Assembly (NCBI GenBank): GCA_043779265.1
Contig: JAYWEM010000123.1
Location: forward strand, 1-19,686
Direction: 5' to 3'
DNA from: a bacterium
Lineage (GTDB): Bacteria; Eisenbacteria; RBG-16-71-46
DNA length: 19,686 bases
Shown: piece after piece, positions 13,825 to 19,686 of the stretch
How positions within the stretch are numbered: position 1 is the stretch's first letter
Layout of the letters: each line of letters begins with the position of its first letter
Notes under the pieces: model-generated
Database searches by the model: none
What the model was told of the DNA's origin: nothing
The model's input: the letters and a program-made list of their open reading frames with translations, nothing else
Made by a program: the position numbers and the translations under genes

Positions 13825-16644
13825 ATGCCCCGACATCGCACCCACACGACCGCCTCGCTGATCCTCGCCGCCGCACTCGCCCTGCTGATGGGCAGTGGGC
13901 AGGCGCAGGCGCAGTCATTCGGCAAGAACAAGGTCCACTACGAGACGCTCGAGTGGGCGGTGCTCGAGACGCCGCATCTGCGGCTGCACTACCACGCCGA
14001 AGAGGAGAGTCTCGCGCGGGCGCTCGTCGTCTTCGCCGAGAGCACCTGTGTCGAGTTCGACTCGCGATTCCGCATGGGGCTCGACAAGCCGATTCCCCTG
14101 CTCATCTACTCGACCCACCACTTGTTCCAGCAGACCAACGTGACGCCCTCGTTCATCTCCGAGGCGACGGGCGGCCTGACCGAGCTGATCAAGGGGCGGG
14201 TGCTCGTGCCCCATAACGGCTCATGGGCGCGATTGCGTTGGGTGACGCGGCACGAACTCGTGCACGCCTACATGCTCGAGAAGATCGGGCAGGTGCACAA
14301 GCAGCGGAAGCGCGCGGTGGGCTGGTTGCCACCACTCTGGTTCATCGAGGGGCTGGCCGAGTACGCGAGCACGAGTTGGGACGCCGAGGCCGAGGGCCTG
14401 ATGCGTGACATGGTGTGCTCGCGTCTCGCGACGCCCATGCTGCGCAGTGAGCCGCTGACCGGCACCGTCGCGATGTACAAGCACGGCCAGTCGTTCCTGA
14501 TGTGGTACGCCGATCGCTTCGGGGACGACGCGGTGTTCGACCTGTTGGAGAACATGTGGCGCTCGGACACGTTCGAGTCGCTGTTCCCGATCACGGTCGG
14601 ACGCACGCTGCACGAACTGGATGAGGAGTGGTTCGAGTCGATCCGCGTGCGCTACTACCCGGCTGTGCTGACGACGAAGCGCCCGGCCGAGGTGGCGAAG
14701 AGCATGGGTGAGCCCAGCCGATTCAATCTCGGGCCGCGGGCCCTACCGGCGGTGGCCGACAGCGACACCGTGATCCGCTACTGCTGGTTCGCGCCCAAGG
14801 ACGGTGCGGTCGATCTGCTGTTGCGCGAACAGGGCCGGAACGGCAAGCCGCGCATCCGGCGCCTGCTCCGGGGCGGCGCGAGCGCCGCGTTCGAGTCGTT
14901 CCACCTGTTCCAGAATCGGCCAGGAGTCTCACGCACGGGCCGGATCGTGGTGAGCGCGAAGCGAGGCGGCCGCGACGCGCTGTACGTGATCGACTCCGGC
15001 AGCGGTGCGGTCGAGCGCTCGCTCGAGTTCTCGAACCTGGTCGCCATCCACGATCCGGTCCTCGTCCCGGGCGACACCGCCATCGTGTTCAGCGCGCAGG
15101 ACTACTCGGGACGCGGCGACCTCTATCGGGCTCGGTGGAGCAAGGGCGCGCCGCCTCTCGAGCGACTGACGCACGATGGCTACGACGACCTCGAACCGAG
15201 CATCTCGCCCGATGGCCGGTGGGTCGCGTTCGCCTCCGATCGCGCCGAGTTGGGCGGTCACTACGGTCTCTTCCGCCTCTCGCTCGAGGATGGGCGGATC
15301 GAGCCCATCGGCGCTCCCCCGAGCGGCGACGATCGACAGCCGGTCTACTCGCCCGATGGGGCGTGGATCGCCTTCCGCTCGACACGTGGCGGCACCAGCG
15401 ATCTGTACGTGCGCGGGGCCGAACCCGCCGCCGACGTGCGCCGACTGACGACCATGCGCGGGCCCGTCAGCGATCCGGACTGGACCTTCGATGGTCGCGG
15501 GCTGTTGTTCACCGCGCAGGACGAGGTCACGTTCCGCACGTGGTTCCTGAGCGTCGATCCCGACACGCTGCCCGTTCAGCTCGAGCGAGAGCCCGAGCGT
15601 CGGGACGTGCTGCCACGGGTGGCCTTCCAGGAGCCGGCGCGGCCATATCAGCGCCGCATGGGACTCGACCTGCTGCAGAATGGATTCGTCGTCGATCCCG
15701 GCGCGGGCGGCGGCACGGGAAGCTCGGGTGCGGTGGCGTTCAGCGATCTGCTGGGCAATGAACAGTTCACGCTGCTGCTCGCCAACGACTCCGAGCAGTT
15801 CGGGACCGACTTCTGGGATAGCTGGCAGGGGGCGCTCAGCTATTACAACCTCGCGCAGCGGCTCAACTACGGCGTCGGCGTGTTCCGGCTGACCACGCTC
15901 TACGACGCGGACTTCGATGAGCTGCGCCGCGAGAAGCGGATCGGTGCGCAGGCGTTCGCGAGCTACCCGTTCAATCGTTTCGTTCGCGTCGAGACGGGTA
16001 TCGCCGTCCGGCACGTGACGGATCACTTCTTCCGCGATGGCACGCTGGGTACCATCGATCAGGTCACGAACAGCCTGGGGCTGGCATTCGATGATGCCCG
16101 CTGGACGTGGGATGGCCCGGTTGGGGGGACGCGCGCTTTCGTGTCGGCTGCCTACACGCGTGATCTGACGCTCGGCAAGGCCGACTTCGCGACGCTGATC
16201 GCCGAGGCGCGGCACTATCGCCAGCCGCTGCGCGGCGTCATCCTCGCCTCGCGTCTGACGGGACAGCTGGCCAGCGGCGACGATGTCACGCGCTTCTATC
16301 TCGGCGGACCGACGCGCGTGCGCTCGGCCGAGCGCCGCGTGATCAGCGGCATCCGGACGTTCACGATGCAGGAGGAGGTGCGCTTCCCGCTGGTGCGCGG
16401 CCTCGTTCTCGGTTTCCCGGGCCCGTGGCAGCTGCCCACGATCGGCGGTGCCGCCTTCGCGGACGGCGCCTGGGCGTGGGACCGGCACGGACAGGAGCAA
16501 CTGGGCGTGCTCGGGTTCGGCTTCTACCTCGGCGGCGGGGTCTTTCCGGCGCTCCGTTGGAACTGGCTGTGGTCGAGCCGCGACCTGCGGCGTTTCGAAG
16601 CCGAGAAGCCCCGCATGCTGTTCTCGATCGCCTACAACTACTGA
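13825..16644 (+). CDS. Secreted multidomain protein: gluzincin-type (peptidase MA-like) domain + TolB/PD40 beta-propeller + C-terminal Omp85 (BamA/TamA)-like beta-barrel
   Basis: Start placed at ATG 13825, giving a signal peptide (...LILAAALALLMGSGQAQA-QSFGKNKVHY). HELVH (14251-14265) is followed by WFIEGLAEY. PD40-like repeats PSISPDGRWVAFASDR, PVYSPDGAWIAFRSTR and PDWTFDGRGLLF. Amphipathic beta-strands, an FYLGG...EEVRFPL loop-6-like segment, and a terminal aromatic beta-signal (FSIAYNY). Confidence 0.78.
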   Translation: MPRHRTHTTASLILAAALALLMGSGQAQAQSFGKNKVHYETLEWAVLETPHLRLHYHAEEESLARALVVFAESTCVEFDSRFRMGLDKPIPLLIYSTHHLFQQTNVTPSFISEATGGLTELIKGRVLVPHNGSWARLRWVTRHELVHAYMLEKIGQVHKQRKRAVGWLPPLWFIEGLAEYASTSWDAEAEGLMRDMVCSRLATPMLRSEPLTGTVAMYKHGQSFLMWYADRFGDDAVFDLLENMWRSDTFESLFPITVGRTLHELDEEWFESIRVRYYPAVLTTKRPAEVAKSMGEPSRFNLGPRALPAVADSDTVIRYCWFAPKDGAVDLLLREQGRNGKPRIRRLLRGGASAAFESFHLFQNRPGVSRTGRIVVSAKRGGRDALYVIDSGSGAVERSLEFSNLVAIHDPVLVPGDTAIVFSAQDYSGRGDLYRARWSKGAPPLERLTHDGYDDLEPSISPDGRWVAFASDRAELGGHYGLFRLSLEDGRIEPIGAPPSGDDRQPVYSPDGAWIAFRSTRGGTSDLYVRGAEPAADVRRLTTMRGPVSDPDWTFDGRGLLFTAQDEVTFRTWFLSVDPDTLPVQLEREPERRDVLPRVAFQEPARPYQRRMGLDLLQNGFVVDPGAGGGTGSSGAVAFSDLLGNEQFTLLLANDSEQFGTDFWDSWQGALSYYNLAQRLNYGVGVFRLTTLYDADFDELRREKRIGAQAFASYPFNRFVRVETGIAVRHVTDHFFRDGTLGTIDQVTNSLGLAFDDARWTWDGPVGGTRAFVSAAYTRDLTLGKADFATLIAEARHYRQPLRGVILASRLTGQLASGDDVTRFYLGGPTRVRSAERRVISGIRTFTMQEEVRFPLVRGLVLGFPGPWQLPTIGGAAFADGAWAWDRHGQEQLGVLGFGFYLGGGVFPALRWNWLWSSRDLRRFEAEKPRMLFSIAYNY

Positions 16645-16647
16645 CGA

Positions 16648-17904
16648 TCAGCGGAACCCGGCGTCCACCTTCACCTCGACGGGATCGCTGAAGCCGCCGA
16701 TTCGCGTGAGCACGCGGCCATCGGGCGCGAACCGGTAGACGGCTTGTTCGCTTCGCGCGACGACCCAGCACTCGCCGTTCGTCAGGTCGACCGAGACGTC
16801 ACGCGGCTCACCGATCGCGGGCACGCGGCGGAGCAGCGCCCGAGTGGAAGCCTGGATCAGCAGCACGGCGTCACCCGCGGCGTCGGCCACCCAGACGCGG
16901 TCGCGGCGCCAATCGACCGCGATTCCGATCGGTCCCCGGGCGTACGTCAGCGAGTCGCGCGGCTGCGCCAGTTCGTTGAGCCGATGGATGCGGCCCGTCT
17001 CGAGCGACGTGACCCACGCGTTCCTCGAAATCGAGTCCACCGCGACACGCGTCGGAGAGGCGAGCGGTGTCGAGGCGATGGGGATGCCGTCGAACGTGTA
17101 GCGTCGGACGCGGTCGCCATCCTGCTCGGCCACCCAGACCGAGTGATCGGCGGGGTGCACCGCGACGCCGGTCGGTCCATCGAGGAACTCGATGCGGGCG
17201 GGAGTCGCGGGGCCGCCGCTCGGCAGCACATGGGCGAGGCCGCCGCTGAGTTCGCACACCCAGGCGGTCTCATCGCGCGGACTGATCGCCATGGTGTAGG
17301 GCCCCTGCAGTCCCTGCATCTGGCGGAGCGAGAGCAGTTCGCTGTCCAGAATCTCGATGGTGTTCGACAGTGGGTCGGCGATCCACACGGTCCCGGTGCG
17401 CGGCGCCACGGCGAGCGTGAATGGTGAGATGGAGCGCACGCTGCGGATCACGACATCGCGGCCGTCGGGGGAGAGGCGGATGAGGGCGCGCGCGCCGGCA
17501 TCGACCACCCACGGGCGTGCCGAACCCGGGCCAGCCACGTCCTCGGCCGGCGCGCCCGAGAGCTGGCCGGCGACCTCGAAGTAGAGTCGATAGCGGTAGT
17601 CCCCGGTGTTCGGCGTGCCGGAGTCGAGGAAGTTCTCCTGCGTCCGGGGCAACAGCCCGCCGATCGGACGGAACACCGAGTCCGAGGGCGACCTGCGGAA
17701 CAGTCGGTAACCGTCGATCCCCAGCTGCGGTCGCGCCGTCCAACGCAGCGAGACGGAGGTGAACCCGGCCACCGCGTTGAACCCAGCCGGTTGTCCGCGC
17801 GTCCCGGGGTTGCCCGGGTCGAGCGGGTTCGCGCGATCGCGCTGACCGCAGCCCGCCGAAGTGGCGAGCAGCGTCAGCGCTAGAAGCGCAGCGTGACGGC
17901 GCAT
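16648..17904 (-). CDS. Lipoprotein with fibronectin-III-like domain and NHL/YncE-type beta-propeller
   Basis: Lipobox LLATSAG-C followed by RANPLDPGNP. VSLRW...GYRLFR...FLD...YRYRL is Fn3-like. Repeated P.G(I/V)AVD....VWVAD blades (GPTGVAVHPADHSVWVAE, GPIGIAVDWRRDRVWVAD). Confidence 0.78.
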   Translation of the reverse strand: MRRHAALLALTLLATSAGCGQRDRANPLDPGNPGTRGQPAGFNAVAGFTSVSLRWTARPQLGIDGYRLFRRSPSDSVFRPIGGLLPRTQENFLDSGTPNTGDYRYRLYFEVAGQLSGAPAEDVAGPGSARPWVVDAGARALIRLSPDGRDVVIRSVRSISPFTLAVAPRTGTVWIADPLSNTIEILDSELLSLRQMQGLQGPYTMAISPRDETAWVCELSGGLAHVLPSGGPATPARIEFLDGPTGVAVHPADHSVWVAEQDGDRVRRYTFDGIPIASTPLASPTRVAVDSISRNAWVTSLETGRIHRLNELAQPRDSLTYARGPIGIAVDWRRDRVWVADAAGDAVLLIQASTRALLRRVPAIGEPRDVSVDLTNGECWVVARSEQAVYRFAPDGRVLTRIGGFSDPVEVKVDAGFR

Positions 17905-18308
17905 CGGTCGGCCGAGGCGGCGAGGCTGAGGCGCGACTCGGGTGCGCGCCGGATGAAGCGGAGCCAGACGCCCGTTGCGAGCAGGACCTCACCGCTCACC
18001 AAGGAGACGGCTGCGAGTCGATCGGCACGGATGACGCCCTGGAAGCGGTCCTCGATCGTCCCGGGCTCGGTCTCGGTGAGGTACTCCTCGTAGCGTCGGT
18101 CGGCGGCCGATGCGAGCGGGAACGAGGCCGAGATGAGGACCAGGCCGGTGACGAGCGTCGCGGTGCCGACCCAGTGGGATCGTCGCGGCGGCTGTTCGAG
18201 TTCGACGGGCTGGAATGCAACGGCCGTCTGCGCGTGAGCACAGACGGCCGTTGTGATCTCTGCGATCAGCAGGCTCGCCAGCAGGAGGGCGGCCGCGATC
18301 CGGCGCAT
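17880..18308 (-). CDS. Small exported/membrane hypothetical protein (142 aa)
   Basis: ATG at 18308, 10 nt after the rpsT stop. Signal peptide MRRIAAALLLASLLIAEITTAVCAHA-Q, two hydrophobic segments flanking ADRRYEEYL, and a C-terminal AVTLRF. Overlaps the next gene by 25 nt. Confidence 0.65.
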   Translation of the reverse strand: MRRIAAALLLASLLIAEITTAVCAHAQTAVAFQPVELEQPPRRSHWVGTATLVTGLVLISASFPLASAADRRYEEYLTETEPGTIEDRFQGVIRADRLAAVSLVSGEVLLATGVWLRFIRRAPESRLSLAASADRCAVTLRF

Positions 18309-18318
18309 CAGCGCGCCC

Positions 18319-18576
18319 TCAGGCGGGCAACGTCGCGACGAACTTCGCGAGTCGCGACTTGTGGCGGCTCGCGGTCTCACGCTTGATGACACCCTTCGCG
18401 GCCGTGCGGTCGAGCACGGAGGCGGTCGTATTGAGCAGTGCCTCGGCTTCCGGCCGCGTCTTGGCGGCGCGAATGTCCTTGAGGGCATGGCGCATACGAG
18501 TGGTGAGAGCGACGTTCCGCTTGCGGCGGCCTTCGTTGGTGATGACCCGCTTCGCCGCGGACTTGTGATGCGGCAT
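18319..18576 (-). CDS. rpsT: 30S ribosomal protein S20
   Basis: MPHHKSAAKRVITNEGRRKRN...LDRTAAKGVIKRETASRHKSRL is the classic S20 pattern; 85 aa; SD GGAGGT upstream. Confidence 0.97.
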   Translation of the reverse strand: MPHHKSAAKRVITNEGRRKRNVALTTRMRHALKDIRAAKTRPEAEALLNTTASVLDRTAAKGVIKRETASRHKSRLAKFVATLPA

Positions 18577-18620
18577 GAATACCTCCGATGGGACTGATTG
18601 GAACTGGTGTGAGCCGAAGG

Positions 18621-18649
18621 AAGGTAAGGAGGTCCCACGGGCCTGTCAA
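18621..18649 (-). promoter_or_regulatory. Sigma70 promoter of rpsT
   Basis: Minus strand: perfect TTGACA (18649-18644), 17-nt spacer, TACCTT (18626-18621). This gives a ~35-40 nt leader containing the SD. Confidence 0.8.
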
Positions 18650-18721
18650 GGCTGGCAGCCCGATTCAGGGGCCTTCTGCGCCGACTCCATCCCGCGGAGC
18701 CGAGAAAACCACTCTCCGGCA

Positions 18722-18751
18722 TTGTGGCGCGGTGGTCGAGGTGTGTAGTCT
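18722..18751 (+). promoter_or_regulatory. Possible sigma70 promoter of uvrC
   Basis: TTGTGG (18722-18727), N18, TAGTCT (18746-18751), the same -10 hexamer as at 1332-1337. SD GGAGG at 18784-18788. Confidence 0.45.
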
Positions 18752-18793
18752 GATTCCCTCGAGCACCCCCACTCGGGCCCTTTGGAGGCTCCT

Positions 18794-19686
<893 letters not shown>

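Noticed and set aside
18577..18793. Possible LexA/SOS box or ncRNA in the rpsT-uvrC divergent spacer
   Set aside because: No CTGT-N8-ACAG, GAAC-N4-GTTC or GTTC-N7-GTTC match and no convincing tRNA or riboswitch structure. The space is accounted for by two promoters and their leaders.

Overview
A high-GC bacterial chromosomal region made up of core housekeeping and cell-envelope genes, probably from a diderm of FCB-like affinity such as Eisenbacteria or Gemmatimonadota (taxonomy is inference only). On the + strand: a 5'-truncated Slt-type lytic transglycosylase, a CTP-dependent polyprenol/dolichol-kinase-like membrane protein, a TPR protein and a cold-shock protein. These are followed by an apparently continuous ~13 kb run: secA - smg(DUF494) - topA - xerC - Ig-like lipoprotein - dapF - dapA - dapB - a large secreted protein (zinc metallopeptidase + TolB/PD40 propeller + Omp85-like barrel). 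A convergent - strand unit holds rpsT, a small exported protein and an Fn3/NHL-propeller lipoprotein. A 3'-truncated uvrC, absent from the ORF track, is transcribed divergently from rpsT. I see no mobile element, CRISPR array, rRNA or tRNA, and no unambiguous new system. The best leads are the peptidase-propeller-Omp85 fusion, three apparently leaderless genes (including secA), a sigma28-like promoter in front of a non-flagellar TPR gene, and a TopA with a histone-H1-like N-terminal tail.
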